A stretch of DNA of 64,000 nucleotides from assembly GCF_023055435.1 (NCBI RefSeq), contig NW_025964001.1, positions 4,092,001-4,156,000 on the forward strand. The letters run 5' to 3'. Under the pieces are notes generated by a model that searched no databases, was not told where the DNA came from, and saw only the letters and a list, made by a program, of their open reading frames with translations. A program made the translations under genes and the position numbers. Source of the stretch: Haliotis rufescens. Taxonomy: Eukaryota. How positions within the stretch are numbered: the first letter of the stretch is position 1; each line of letters starts with the position of its first letter. Shown piece after piece: positions 1 through 13,575 of the stretch.

Positions 1-216
1 CACACGCAACCTCATTGCGAACCATGTATACGTTCACTGCGTGTCGTGTGTGTCTCATAAATGTTTCAGTGACTAATGAAACAAGTACTGACAAGACATT
101 TCTGACAAATGAGATCGGATACACAAACAAACAATCAAAAAGCACTACCATTGTCAGCTGTGGATTCAGATCTGGCGAGCCAAGGCAGAGTCGGCACATC
201 GTTGTTCTGGAGTTGG

Positions 217-1080
217 CTGTCACTGCACGGAAACGATGAGGTCTGACGTAATCTCCCATGAACTGAGGTCTTGTGGCAAGTGGGTGTTTATTGAAATGAC
301 GGACAGCAACTGGTTCCAGGACATATCGGATGTACTGATTACATCTGAGGCAGCCTTGAAAAGTGACCAGGACCAGCTTGCAGTCTTGTGAGATACATCC
401 CAAAGCAATGCCAAACCTCGCCCACAAGGGACACATAAACATATATTCCTTGGGGTGTAGGCCACATCCCTGTGACTCCAAACCTTCAGTCAAATGGAAT
501 CTCTGATGGTATTCTGCCAGTAGGGGCGTTTGATGAATTTCCTGGACGCCATTCCTGCTGATCTCAAGGTTCTAGTGGACAGAAGTCGACTGGGTAGCCA
601 TTGTCCATTCAGGATGGGACTCGTTGCAAATGGCTGTCGTCGTACTAATTCAATCAGTGTCCTGTCATCACGCTGTGACGTCACGGGAGGTCGTACAGAC
701 CATGGTAGGTCTTTCACAGCATCGGGTTGACCATGGTTTCGAACAAGTCGGCTGATGACAGTGTAATGGTAGCTCATGAGAGCTTTGAAGGACAAACTCG
801 TGGAAGGCATTCACACTGTTTGTCATCATTGCGTCTCTGAAATCCTCCTTTGTGCCATGTTCACAGGGAAGGAATAGACGTTACAAGTCGGCGGATTTAA
901 ATACCCAAATTTGAATTCAGTATCTCATGGGGTCCTCTTTTCATGTGTCTTGGCATTTCCCCTGACAAAAGCATGCTTTTGTTAAACGTCACATAGTGTA
1001 TGCAGTCAATCGATTTTGTAGAACTATGTAATATTTACACAGTAAAAGCATGTTTGTTCCTCCAACCAAGATTGTTTATC
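217..1080 (-). mobile_element. Tc1/mariner transposon remnant
   Basis: Fragments RPPVTSQRDDRTLIELVRRQPFATS and AYTPRNI are similar to the transposase at 28016-29052. Boundaries are approximate. Confidence 0.75.
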
Positions 1081-1336
1081 ATCATTGCGTCTCTGAAATC
1101 CTCCTTTGTGCCATGTTCACAGGGAAGGAATAGACGTTACAAGTCGGCGGATTTAAATACCCAAATTTGAATTCAGTATCTCATGGGGTCCTCTTTTCAT
1201 GTGTCTTAGCATTTCCCCTGACAAAAGCATGCTTTTGTTAAACGTCACATAGTGTATGCAGTCAATCGATTTTGTAGAACTATGTAATATTTACACAGTA
1301 AAAGCATGTTTGTTCCTCCAACCAAGATTGTTTATC
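825..1336. repeat. 256-bp direct tandem duplication
   Basis: 825-1080 is repeated at 1081-1336 with one visible substitution (ttggc versus ttagc). Confidence 0.9.
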
Positions 1337-1440
1337 TGACTGTAGCATGAATAATGTTAGAAACACACAGTTAGTTATGTTTAATCTGTACATGGTAACG
1401 TTGATTACTATGATGTTAACACACAAAATGCTGGCCTTAC

Positions 1441-4400
1441 CTGCGCCTTGGCTGAGATTATTTGCTCCATGCTGTTGTTGGCACCCTGCAGTCCGTTGAT
1501 CTTGCCCAGGGCAAAGCTGGCCGCGTTCAGAACTTCAAGACTGTTGACATCCACGTTGAACAGACCCCCGGGCATACCTATGTCCCGCCTTTTGGCGCTG
1601 GTGCAACTATGGTGGGTCATATCGGTCATGTGGCTCCAAGGCTGGTCCCAGATAGTCACATCACAGATTTGAGTCTGAAACACACACACACACACAGTCA
1701 TCAATTACACGATCAAGACGCATATATACGTGTGGTTAGATGTATTTACTGGAAACTGGATCCATGACACGACAGATGTATTGGCTAGATACGGTGGGTC
1801 ATTACACGACCAAGATGTATTGGTTAGATACGGTGGGTCATTACACGACCCAGAGGTATTGGTTAGATACGGTGATTCATTCAACGGCCCAGATGTATTG
1901 GTTAGATACGGTGATTCATGACACAACCCAGAGGTATTAGCTGGATACGGTGGGTCATTACACGACCCAGATGTATTGGCTAGATACGGTGGTTCATTAC
2001 ACGACCAAGATGTATTGGCTAGATACGGTGGTTCATAACATGACCCAGAGGTATTAGCTGGATACGGTGATTTATGACGCGACCAGATGTATTGGCTAGA
2101 TATGGTGGTCCATTACACGATCAAGATGTATTGGCTAGATACGGTGGTTCATTACACGACCAAGATGTATTGGCTAGATACGGTTGTTCATGACACGACC
2201 CAGAGGTATTGGCTAGATACGGTGGTTCATTACACGACCAAGATGTATTGGCTAGACACGGTGGTTCATGACACGACCCAGATGTATTGGCTAGATACGG
2301 TGGTTCATTACACGACCAAGATGTATTGGCTAGATACGGTAGTTCATAACATGACCCACTGGTATTAGCTGGATACGGTGATTTATGACGCGACCAGATG
2401 TATTGGCTAGATACGGTGGTTCATTACACGACCAAGATGTATTGGCTAGATACGGTGGTTCATATCATGACCCAGAGATATTAGCTGGATATGGCGATTT
2501 ATGACGCGACCAGATGTATTGGCTAGATATGGTGGTCCATTACACGACCAGGGTGTATTGGCTAGATACGGTGGTTCATATCATGACCCAGAGATATTAG
2601 CTGGATACGGTGATTTATGACGCGACCAGATGTATTGGCTAGATATGGTGGTCCATTAACACGATCAAGATGTATTGGCTAGATATGGTGGTCCATTACA
2701 CGACCAGGGTGTATTGGCTAGATACGGTGGTTCATATCATGACCCAGAGATATTAGCTGGATACGGTGATTTATGACGCGACCAGATGTATTGGCTAGAT
2801 ATGGTGGTCCATTACACGACCCAGATGTATTAGCCATATACGGTGATGGACAAAGCTCATGGCATTGCTGAGTAAACTTCAAATGTCTCAGTCCTAGGCA
2901 AACAAACTTCAGCTGGAGTAGTATGATGGGTTTATGAAATATATTTACTTTTAATAAAGCAAAAAAAACCTTCCCATAATGACAAGAAATCTCTGTTGAA
3001 AACACGTTTTTTATACGAGACATACCTGGGTTCCATCACTCAGGCGGATCTTCAGCATGTAGTTGATGCCAGAAACCACCTGAAATGATATAAAATTGTT
3101 GCATTGAGGCCAGAGAAAACTCAGATCTTCTCTTAATAATGACATATGATCAATATCGGACAGAACACCCACACAGAGAAACCAGGAAACGACAACAAAC
3201 ATCAAAACTTAAAAAAAGATAGATGACGTAGTCATAACACACAAAATGCACATTTATAAATACTGTTTTATCATTACTGTATATTTATAAACGGTGACTG
3301 ATGTCAGTAATCAACTCTAGAAATTCTCATTTTGGTCAATTCCAAAGACATAGACATTATCAGGCTTCAGTGTTCATGGTTAGTGTTTATTCGGGTATTT
3401 ATTATCCCAAAACACACAACCGTGATAACGTTTTTATCAAATAATGTCATTCTTATATATCATTACGTAACAATGTCAGTCAGTCTGAAAGTGACAACTT
3501 GTCAATTCAGTTCCAACTGAAACACTATCTTGACGACAGTGACGTAACTACCACATAGCAAAAAAACCCAATTGACCATAGGTACTTTTTCAATTTGCGT
3601 TTCGCGGCAATCCATCGGTCCGCCCACTGGAGCAGTTTCCCTTTACGAAAGGGAAGCTACTCTAGTCTGTAAAACGCCAAGTTTGTTTACGTTTCGTAAC
3701 GGGATTACAGATTTCAGATTTCCCACACAGTCGCAAAATGAAACAAGGTATATTTCGGACATATACTGAACTGCAAAAGAAACGTCACCCCAAGTAACAT
3801 TGCTGAAAAGTTTACATTTAAATATCTGGGTAATTTTTGTCAAAGTTTCTAAAATTTAACATTACCTTGTCCGGAAAAATGAAATTTGATGACAAAAAAA
3901 CAAAGCGGATGACAATAAAACGGATCGCCCAAACGCATCACGGCAATGGCCATGGTAACCCGATGCACGTGAGTTCCGTGCAAATTGAAATGCACATGCG
4001 TTCCCCCATTTCTTGCCCTATAAAAATCCACCCAGATCGGATAACATTTATTCGTTATTGAATTGCTACCACATGCTAAGATTGACAAGAAATCAGTGAC
4101 ACCAAGCCCTTGGACAATTACAAGCTGGACAAACCGCCTTGCAAGTAGCCAATGCATTTCAAATCCACGTAAGGACCATATACAGGCTCCAGCAACGGCA
4201 CCAGACAACCAACACTACAGATAGTGGAAGATCAAGGGTCACCACTCGACGTCAGGATCGTCAGATTGTGCGACAGCATCTTCAAGATCGCTTTGTTACT
4301 GCTGCGGAAACTGCTCGACAGACCATGGGGATACACCAGAGACACATTAGTGTGTACAACGTGCGTCGACGATTGACGAGCAGACACCTCCACTGTCACA

Positions 4401-7097
4401 GGCCACACTGAGGACCCATTCTGACACCACGTCATCGCCGGGACCGTCTTCAGTGGGCAACACAGCACCAGCATTGGCGCCACCAGCAGTTGAGAAGAGT
4501 CCTCTTCTCAGGCGAGAGCCGTTACTGTGTCTCAACAGCAGATGGGAGAGAGAGAGTCTGTCGACGCCGTGGGGAACGTTATTCAGATGATTGTGTTGAT
4601 GAGAGAGACTCGTGGGGTGGTCCGAGCATCATGGTGTGAGGTGGAATTGGTCTTGCACAGAGGGTCGGCCCTCTGGTCTTCCAGAACATCGGTCCAGGGA
4701 GAGGCAATGGTGTCACAGCAGCTCGGTACATTGATCAAGTCTTGAGACCACACGCTATACCTAATTTGGCACGTCGCCGCAACCACGAATTTCAGCATGA
4801 TAAAGCCCGTGCCCACACTGCGAGAGCAACAAGAGACTTCCTACAGCAGAACGGCATCAAAACCATGCAGTGACCTGCCCTCAGTCCCGATTTAAATCCC
4901 ATTGCACCTGTAGGACGAGATTCAAAGACGGCTGAATGACGTCCGACCAAGGCCGACAACTGCAGCTGAACTGCATCAGGCGTTCCTCAGAGTGTGGCCT
5001 CCTGTGCCTATGGCCTTCATTAACCGCTTCATCCATTCCATGTATCGACGTTGAACGGCAGTCATCAATGCACATGGCGGACACACGAGATACTGACTTG
5101 TGATGCCATTTTCTCAGAGACTAATGTTGTGTTTCACTTTAAGAATATTTGACACTTTAATTTCAACCTTGATGATCAGTTTTGCCAAGTTTCATCTTTT
5201 TAATATGTCTCAAAGTATGTTTACAGTGTTTGGACAAATAAGGTTTCTCATATATCTATCCATGGTGACGTTTCTTTTGCGGTTCAGTATATTTCGTCCA
5301 AATGCAATTGTGTTTAATTCGAGGTCTACAAGTACAGAAATGTAACAGATACCTCGACTGTATTGATATTTTCCGTGTCACAGACTATTATTTATGTAAT
5401 GATAACAATTATCCTTGTAATTTGTCCAGGTACCCGACCATTAGTTCTGAATCGATCGCCGATTGACAAGGGTGATTCCATATTTGTTTGTTAACACTGA
5501 AAGTAGTACCCGCCTGACATCTCACATTTGCATCTTTATCCGAAAATGACCCTTTATCCGACTTTAGCCTACCGAGAAACCTACCCATTATATGATATAT
5601 GCAAGATATGATAGTTTATCCTCCTACTAACATACTTGGGTCTGGGCAGAGATGACTTGGTCCAGACTGTTGTCAGCCCCCTGTAGGCCGTTCAGTGTAA
5701 ACACAGCATAGAGCGCCATCCTCTGGATTTCTGGATCGGTGACATTGGCGGGGGTTGGAGCACCAACAAGCACGGCCCGCTTGCTGCTTGCAGTACATGC
5801 ATGCGTGGTTAATCGCTTGCCGTGTAGAATTGAATCAGAATAAAGGGTGACATCGCAGATCTGGGTCTGAAACACATCACTGCAATCATGTTATAAATGA
5901 GTTGAAATATGAATATCAAAAGGCTATTCTCAGGATATGGTGTGTAATTTCAAGCACACTTGTTATCCTGCTCCTTTTGATATCCACCTTATTACCACAC
6001 TGCAGTTTCATGTCCATTCTTGATTTGATGAGCTGCCATGAGCAAAGTCCTGTAACATGTCACGGGAGAGGTTGGGTAGAGAAGAGGTTAAAGCGTTCTC
6101 TCATTACTCGAAAGACCCTGGCTCGAACCCACACATGGTTACAATGTGTTAAAAGCGAGCATGACGCTCAGTCACTCATCAAATACTGCTGCCCCCAAAC
6201 GCCCGTCGAGACCAACAAGGACAGAAACAACATCTGCAGTGATGTTGTCGCCAGATGTTGACGGACTGGGTCAACGTGTCCTGCGCATCCGACAGCAGAC
6301 GCAGTGAGTGAGAGTGATAGAGGCACATTAGCATGTTAGCAGCTATATATATGTCAAGGAATGGCTCGTACGCAATGTTACACAGGTGTATACCGTATAT
6401 CTGATAGCCTGTGACATATGGCCTGAATATTTCAGTGAAGGTGTAAAACTCTGAAGAGAACTCACCGTCTGTCCGTTCTGCACCTTGAGGGACAGAAAGT
6501 AGTTGAAGCCAGCAATGCCGAAGGCACCGGCGCCAGGGACAACCTGTGAGGGAGGACAGTAATTGAGTCCAAATGATCAACTTTGGAAATAAATGGTATG
6601 AATCACATGCATTATCGATAGCAAATGATAAATTGCAAGTGTTGTTTAACGCAGCTGTATATCCAGGAATATGCGAGTTGTTGTAAGTACTTAAATTCTG
6701 GACCAGACAAACCAGTGTTACCATGACAACGACCCAGGCAACCTTGACAACTGATCCACTTAATTTGGCTTTGCGCCAATCTTAAGATACTAGGGACATA
6801 CTTGTCCCCGGAATCTTTGTTTACAATCTGTTTTGAAACATACCCAAATATACACGTTTTGGCGGACCAGGTGAGGTACACTCACTATTTACTGCGGAAG
6901 TAGGGACAGGCATATAGACAGACACCTACTTGAGTTTTAGCATTCAGAACAGACACGAGGCTTGCGTTCAGCTGGGTAACGGCGAAGCTTGACATCTGCT
7001 GAATGTCCCCTCTGGTCACGTCAGCATCCTTGGGGCTGCTTAAGAGTTGAGACGTGGCTAGTGGTAACACCACCAGGACCAGAGCTAGTATGTTCAT
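1441..7097 (-). CDS. Multicystatin paralogue (copy A), first five exons; continues beyond the left edge of the window
   Basis: Exons 6930-7097, 6466-6543, 5636-5866, 3026-3079, 1441-1674, all GT-AG, phase 0 and open. Same signal peptide as copy B. Linkers SSKR and AKRR. Domain 2 has QVVSG and QPW; domain 1 is divergent (QVVPGAGAFGIAG). Confidence 0.85.
1705..2845. repeat. 39-bp minisatellite in intron 4 of copy A
   Basis: Unit CATTACACGACCAAGATGTATTGGCTAGATACGGTGGTT, degenerate, just under 30 copies. Confidence 0.92.
3764..5289 (+). mobile_element. Tc1-family transposon with both TIRs and a disabled transposase, in intron 3 of copy A
   Basis: TIRs TACTGAACTGCAAAAGAAACGTCACC and GGTGACGTTTCTTTTGCGGTTCAGTA flanked by TA. 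Transposase remnants RVTTRRQDR, QHDKARAH and SPDLNPI with stops. Confidence 0.9.
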
Positions 7098-7559
7098 TCT
7101 TTGTGTAAGTAAAGTGGAACTATAATCCCTACTGAACTGACTGCTCTTTATATATGTGAAAACCGGCCTACGTTCAGCTGTTGTGTCCCAAGGTTGCCTG
7201 TGTGGGCCTGTTGATCTCTGTTTTGTAACATGACTCTGCGGCGTCCTAGGTCAGCGATAACGTTTCTTGTTGCATAATATATAGTTATACTTTCTACATG
7301 CCTGTTATATCATCAGAGCTCAAGTCTTAAAAACACCACGTAAGCTTATTGCAGTTATATATACTTAAAGGTAAGGCTGCAAAAAAATATTTTTTCCGTA
7401 TCACTGCACGCTAACTCTCACAGTCTACTTTCGAATTAAGGGTTCTGAGGAGAGAGTGAATTGTGGTTTCAAGTGGGTAATGTGACACCTAATATGTATG
7501 CTGACCTAAAACATATGTACATCATGTATATTGAATCAACCGTTATAAGAGGATATTCC

Positions 7560-8140
7560 TTTACTGCCGACTGAACCATCACCAAGAACGTGGTCAAAGG
7601 CTGCTATTGATATTGTTGGTCCTGTAGGAACAAATTTCTTGTTCACGATGGACTATGTTTCATCTTATCTATGTGCGGTGTTGATCCTAGACATTACCTC
7701 CACTGTGATAGAAGGACTGGTGAGGTTATTGTCGGAGCACTGGTTCCCTGATGGTATTGTAACTGACAATGGTAGGCAGTTTGTCGGTGAACAGTTTACA
7801 AAGTATCTCCAAATGCCTCATGTCATACATGTTCGTTCATCACCTCATTTTCCCAAAAGGAAAATTGATCGTTTTCATTGACTTCTGAAGAAATCATTTC
7901 GTACATCTGGTAGTGGTGGAAGACACTGAAAGAGATTTCTTCCATAATACTTCAGATGTATCGTGCTACTACTTATCGTGCAACTTTCGAGACTCCAGCT
8001 GTAATATTTCTCAACAGGGTATTTCAAGAAAGAATTGCCCGTGCTACATTTCGTTGAGCCTGATCTTTTGATGGCCAAGAAGTTGAAATATGCAGAGAAA
8101 ACGATAGCATATGCAGATAGGAAGCATGCTGTGACACAAC
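7560..8140 (+). mobile_element. Gypsy-like LTR retrotransposon integrase fragment
   Basis: WSKAAIDIVGP...FPDGIVTDNGRQFVGEQFTKYL...HVRSSPHFPK matches the rve integrase core; degenerate. Confidence 0.75.
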
Positions 8141-8143
8141 ATA

Positions 8144-9605
8144 TACTCAACAACAAAAGTTCCCGAGACACAAATATTTTAGTGTATTTTTCAAACAAGT
8201 AAAGTTTACTTTTCAATATTGTAGTACATGTATGGAATCAAGTCACAAAAAACGCAACTGCTTCAGAAAAGCATGCATTCCATGCAAAAGTTGACTTTTA
8301 TGCAAGCCCCATGCATTTCACTACCCAAGAATGGGTATAAATACATTTGCGTTAACTGGATTCCATATGCATTGTTTAGCATCCTGCTGACAACAACCAC
8401 TCAGAAAAACAACAAAATTACGCAATTATTCAACATTACGAAATGCCACGCCCGTCCGAAAATGAGCGTCTGCGAGCCATTGGTATGCTTGTAGCAGGAT
8501 CGAGTCAACGTGATGTTACAAGACAATTTAACTTCCACAGAAACACCATTTGGTGTTTATGGCAACGTTGGCAACACACGAATGCAGTCAGAGACCATCC
8601 TCGGAGTGGCAGGCCATGCGTAACCAATAATCGACAACTGGATTCGAACAACACACCTACGAAATCGATTCCAGCCAGCAACAGTGACTGCAAGAAGCAT
8701 CCCTGGCCTTCGACGAATATCTTCACAAACCGTTCGTCGTCGCCTCAGATGTGCAGGGATTGTCCCCAGAAGACCCGTCAGACGTTCCATTTTGACAGGA
8801 AACCACCGCCAAGCACGTCTACAGTGGTGCAGACAGCGTCTACGCTGGACGGCCATTCAGTGGGGACAAGTTCTCTTCACTGACGAGTCTCGTTTTCACC
8901 TCAGCCACAGCGATGGACGGATTCGAGTGTACCGACGTCGAGGTGAACGTTACGTCAATCACTGTGTCATGGAAGAAGATCGGTTCGGGGGCGGACTTCA
9001 GAAAATGCGTGATTGGTATGGGGTGGGGTGGGATTACAGCAAGACAGAGGACCCGTTTGATAGTGGTAAAGGGAAATCTCAATGACGAGATCATCGGCCC
9101 TGTTGTTCTACCGTTTTTGCGTCGCCATGGCCCAGGCATTACCTTTCAACATGACAACTCCCAGCCTCATATTGCTCGACTTGTTCAGGATTCTCTTCAC
9201 CAAAACAACGCGAATGTCATCCCCTGGTCGGCTCTCTCCCCTGATCTCTCACCAATCGAGCACATGTGGGATGAGATGGATCGGCGCCTTCGACGTCAAC
9301 CACGTGTTCCACAGACACTCCAGGAACTTAAGTCAAAAATACTCCAGCAGATATGGACAGATATCCCACAGAACTTTGTGCGACGCCTGGTCCATTCTAT
9401 GAGACGAAGATGTATTGCTTGCATCGCAACCAGATGTGGACACACACGCTATTGATTTGTAAATTTTCTGAAGTCAATATGGCAAATTAAACCATTTGAA
9501 CACTTACAGGAGTCCTTTATCTGTTGCAAACCGAAATTGTTTCAGATTTGGTAAAAAACATAACTTTGCACTTTGCAATGTCACAGGAACTTTTGTTGTT
9601 CAGTA
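8144..9605 (+). mobile_element. Tc1-family transposon with both TIRs and a frameshifted transposase
   Basis: TIRs TACTCAACAACAAAAGTTCCCGAGACA and TGTCACAGGAACTTTTGTTGTTCAGTA flanked by TA. MPRPSENERLRAIGML, FTDESRF, FQHDNSQPH and SPDLSPIEHMW are spread over three frames. Confidence 0.92.
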
Positions 9606-9924
9606 TATATATCAATGCATGTTTAATGAAGGGATGCTTCCTCTTCATAAAGCCTAAACCCATCATACTGCTGGCATTCATTAAGTTTAGATAGTGGAGA
9701 GAGAGTTCCAGAGGTGTTAGTGGCGGTCACTCACATCAGCTGTAAACACTGGTGGACAGAACAAGATTAACTGATAAAAAAAAAGCCAGAATCTCGTTTG
9801 TGAGCCCTCGGAATTTGTACAGACCATAGAGCTGAGGCAATCTAGACTTGCTAAAACATCTAGACTTGAGTTGGACTCTGGGAGACAAGGTTCAGGACAA
9901 GTTGTCGTGAAGTTTACAGTGAAA

Positions 9925-10680
9925 ACAATAGATGAAATGCTGGACTTCCTCATTGATAAATAACATTTATGTGGAATTTAGGGATAAGACATCAAGGCAA
10001 GAAGTATGCTTCTCCATGACCACCAGTTGTGCCTGCTCTTCTTGTGGATATCTTTCTTTATGCATATGAATCGTAATTTCTGCTCGGATTGGCGAAATCA
10101 AAACAAGGGAATTTGGCTTAAATTTAACTTAAGCTTCAGGTATATCGATGATCTGATACCATTTAATAAATAGTCAAACAGCCAATGTCCTTCCACTAAT
10201 TTACTCACTTTGAACTAGAAACAAAAGAGACAACCACCTCATCTGTTTCATATTCAGATCTTTGCATAAAGATTCAAAGTGACAACGAAAAGTTTAAAGT
10301 ATAATCGAGCATGCTCTTTCAACCAAGATTTCGAAGAGCGTCATACGACTCTTGCTCTGAGGCTGTTTCACCAAGGTTACAACATTCGAGGCCTCAGTAA
10401 AGTAAAGCTTTCAAAAGGTTTTATTGTAGACATGAGGATGACATTTCCAAATTTGACGCATCAGTGACAAAATTGATGTCCGATACAATTGCCTATTTTG
10501 ACTTACACCATATGTTCCCGTGTTTTTTCAGGTGAACATTTGACTTGCCTTTGCATGTGTTTGTGACGGGTGCCACTGGTGGGGCAGGATACGCTCATCT
10601 TTTCGCGGTATCATTACTATTTGATAGTGATTCATAAACACATGCTCATGATAAAGTTGGAATCATACAATCGACTCGGC
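9925..10680 (+). mobile_element. Penelope-like retroelement RT fragment
   Basis: Degenerate EMLDFLID, IFLYAYES, FRYIDDL and YNRACS motifs; homologous to 21585-22410. Confidence 0.65.
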
Positions 10681-10740
10681 TTTATTGTAATATGGTATTG
10701 TATTTTATTGTTGAACAATGATTATAACTGTGTTACATTC

Positions 10741-11360
10741 TGTTGAGATTCGGTCGACGTTCATGGCATTGTGTTTGGACAGTGATCAGTCGTCTGGAAG
10801 TTACTATCTTTAGATGCTAGTGTGGCGTGTAAACGTCCGGTAGGGCGTGGACTCATGCAGAATATTCTCTAATGTTCTAGTGCCGCTTGACTGGTAAGGG
10901 CATTGTGTAGAATTTCCAGTAGTTAGTGAGGCTGTATATAAGGGGACAACAGCGTGTTTACGTCTCTCTCGTGAATTTTATGACATCGGAACCAGCTTTC
11001 ATGTGAGGATCACTCATCTCGCTCACTCACGAGCCTTGCCCATCTCGGAAGCCTGACCACTGTCACCGCTGAGTGAATATATCTTATTATCACTGACTTT
11101 TGCTATCACCTCTGTATTTTTGTATTTGATACGTACCACTGCCATCATGTTACATATTGCCATTGAATATTGTACTACCATTCTATTGTATACTGCCATT
11201 GTAATTGCTGTGCAGTAATTTGTATTGATTTGTAAACTTAGTTAATTTTGAAATAGTTTTGTTGATTGTATTCCACATATTGGCTGTTTGTTGGTTTCTC
11301 ATTAAGTTCCTTTACGTACAGATGTCTGGGTGAATTTCAATTTATCAAATCGACACAACG
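10741..11360 (+). mobile_element. Putative solo LTR, duplicated at about 25169-25755
   Basis: About 620 bp with TGTTG...CACAAC-like ends and an internal TATATAA followed by a T-rich region. No clear target duplication. Confidence 0.35.
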
Positions 11361-12523
11361 TATTTCGAAAGCAACATAATTGAGCCCCTGTTTACGTTGG
11401 AAAATTGAGCTCCTAAACATTAAAAAAGATGCTGATCTCAAACCAGAATCCGCCCGTCCAGTGGCATAATGTTTCATAATCCATGTTCCAGACTGTGACA
11501 TCTAGTCGCCTTCACCTTATACTAAGTCTCATCAAATTTCGATAAAAACACACACTCAAGTTAAAGGTTTTTGACATTTATTCAACATGGAGGTACCTTG
11601 ACCTTCAATAAAGCAAGCTATTGCATTGTCATTTCATGAGTGAATGACCTTCAGACTGACCTTGGCATTTGATACAGTCATTACATATAAGCAGAAGAAT
11701 CTCTGCACTTATACATAGCAGACGTAATTCAAACTTAACGTGTCGCCTTTATTAGTTGAAACAAAATCAGAAAGTGCACTATCGCGTAACTGGATGGAAG
11801 GAGCACTGCTTACCTTTTTGCGAAAACCTGTTGTCATCACTGATTGTCATATAATTTTCACACTTTATCTGACCTTCAATGTCACCCGATCATATGTCAG
11901 AAGAAATCCCTATGTGTGTATAGGACATATATCGGGTACGAAGTCTCTAACATCAGCCACAAGCGTGCTGTTGGGAAAACCTATTGTGGCTGTGGCTGTG
12001 GCTGTGGCTGTTGCTTAAGAAGTATTTGTCCACATGGTAACTCAAATCGAATCAAATCGCATTGCAAAATATTACAGGTCACCGGATCAGCTTGCTTACA
12101 AACTGCCTTGTCGAGTTCATAAATAGAATACAACTAAAAGTATGAAAAAAAGCCATTCACTTGTACCACATGTTTCTGTGTTTATTTCAGGTAAACATTT
12201 GGCTTTCCTTTGCATATATTTGTGATGGGTGTCACCGGTGGGAAAGGGTACGAAGTAACTCTGCACGTTTGCATATTGACATTACCATCTCGTCCTATCG
12301 AGTCTACATTTATAATCAGATTATTGGTCACAATGCAGACATACAGACTGGCAGATTTTTATTCAGTAAAAGGTCGATTGCCTAAAATACACACAGTATA
12401 GTTATTGTCATTGTATAAATTACACTATTGAAACATAATATCAGCTTGTGTCATGTGTTGCCAATGATTTGCTTCTGTTTTTGTTTACATGATAAATAAA
12501 CACTAAGTCTCTATTCGTTGAGA

Positions 12524-12690
12524 GGGGCGGTCGGGTAGCCTAGTGGTTAAAGCGATCGCTCGTCACGCCGAAGACCCGGGTTCGATTCCCGACATGGGTA
12601 CAATGTGTGAAGCCCATTTCTGGTGTCCCCCGCCGTGATATTGCTGGAATATTGCAAAAAGCGGCGTAAAACAATACTCACTCACTCACT
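12524..12690 (+). mobile_element. tRNA-derived SINE with target-site duplication
   Basis: A box TAGCCTAGTGG, B box GGTTCGATTCCC, (ACTC)n tail, TSD CTATTCGTTGAGA (12511-12523 and 12689-12701). Empty site in the duplicate near 27127-27139. Confidence 0.92.
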
Positions 12691-13014
12691 ATTCGTTGAG
12701 ATTATTATTATAGGAAAATGAATACAGATTTGTTTTAACAATGTACATAATATACCCTCTTCTTAATTTTCTATGAATATGACATGTGAAGAATACATGG
12801 ATATCATATTAATGGAGATTTGAATCGTTTATGAAACCTTTGGTGATGATCTTTCAGATGCATAACTGTATAACATGTACTATCTGACGTATCTCCGTTT
12901 GAAAACAACTATAAAGTAATTAACCCTGCTTCTGTTGCAAGGGATATCCTGAATGCATATTCTTAACATAATAAATACCAGTTAACGTTAACACAGCTAG
13001 TACAATCAAATAGT

Positions 13015-13142
13015 ATTTAGTGCAAAATGTTTATTTGTAAACAAAAACATCAACTATAAAATATAACAACACTATATATTGACAAGAAAACAGCAAATCA
13101 CTTGAAGAAGAGAGCACAGTCCGTGGATAGGTTTGAACCCAT
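13015..13142 (-). other. Probable non-coding last exon (3' UTR) of copy B with AATAAA
   Basis: A GTATG donor directly follows the TAG at 13576. Acceptor tcttttcag ends at 13143; AATAAA at 13030-13035 (minus strand). Paralogous segment at about 27450-27576. Confidence 0.55.
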
Positions 13143-13575
13143 CTGAAAAGATATTCAATCACACAATAAATATAATGTCAGAAGAACTATATCCGTATCA
13201 GTAGGAGTGCTTATCTCGAAAGATTATCACTAATGGCCTGGAGCAAGGCACACTTTTCGAGAATAACCGAGAGTTACGAGGAATAATTGGTAAGTTTGAG
13301 TTGCGAGCAGGTTATTCTAAATATTACATGTAGTTTTTTAGGTTTTTTTAATCTGAAAAAATGCAGCTGCAGGAGGGCTTCCTGTTGACACATCAGCTCA
13401 GTTGGCCCGACGTCGTTTGTGACGTCATGAACCACCAGCCTCTTTGCAAACAATGAAAACAAAGGAACAATTGGAAAATAAAACAATCAGAATTAAGCAA
13501 ATAATGTTCAGTGAGAATAACTGAAAATGATATCCTCGATATCTGTGTCCCTATGGGTAAAACAATATAGCATAC

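Noticed and set aside
11844-12122. Small Cys-rich ORF (YCGCGCGCGCC), duplicated at 26482-26685
   Set aside because: The cysteines come from a (TGTGGC)n hexamer run, and the ORF lengths differ between duplicates with no splice or signal-peptide support.
12524-12600. tRNA gene candidates (also 42310-42389 and 52075-52149)
   Set aside because: The A and B boxes continue into a SINE body and simple-repeat tail (with a TSD at 12524); these are SINE heads.
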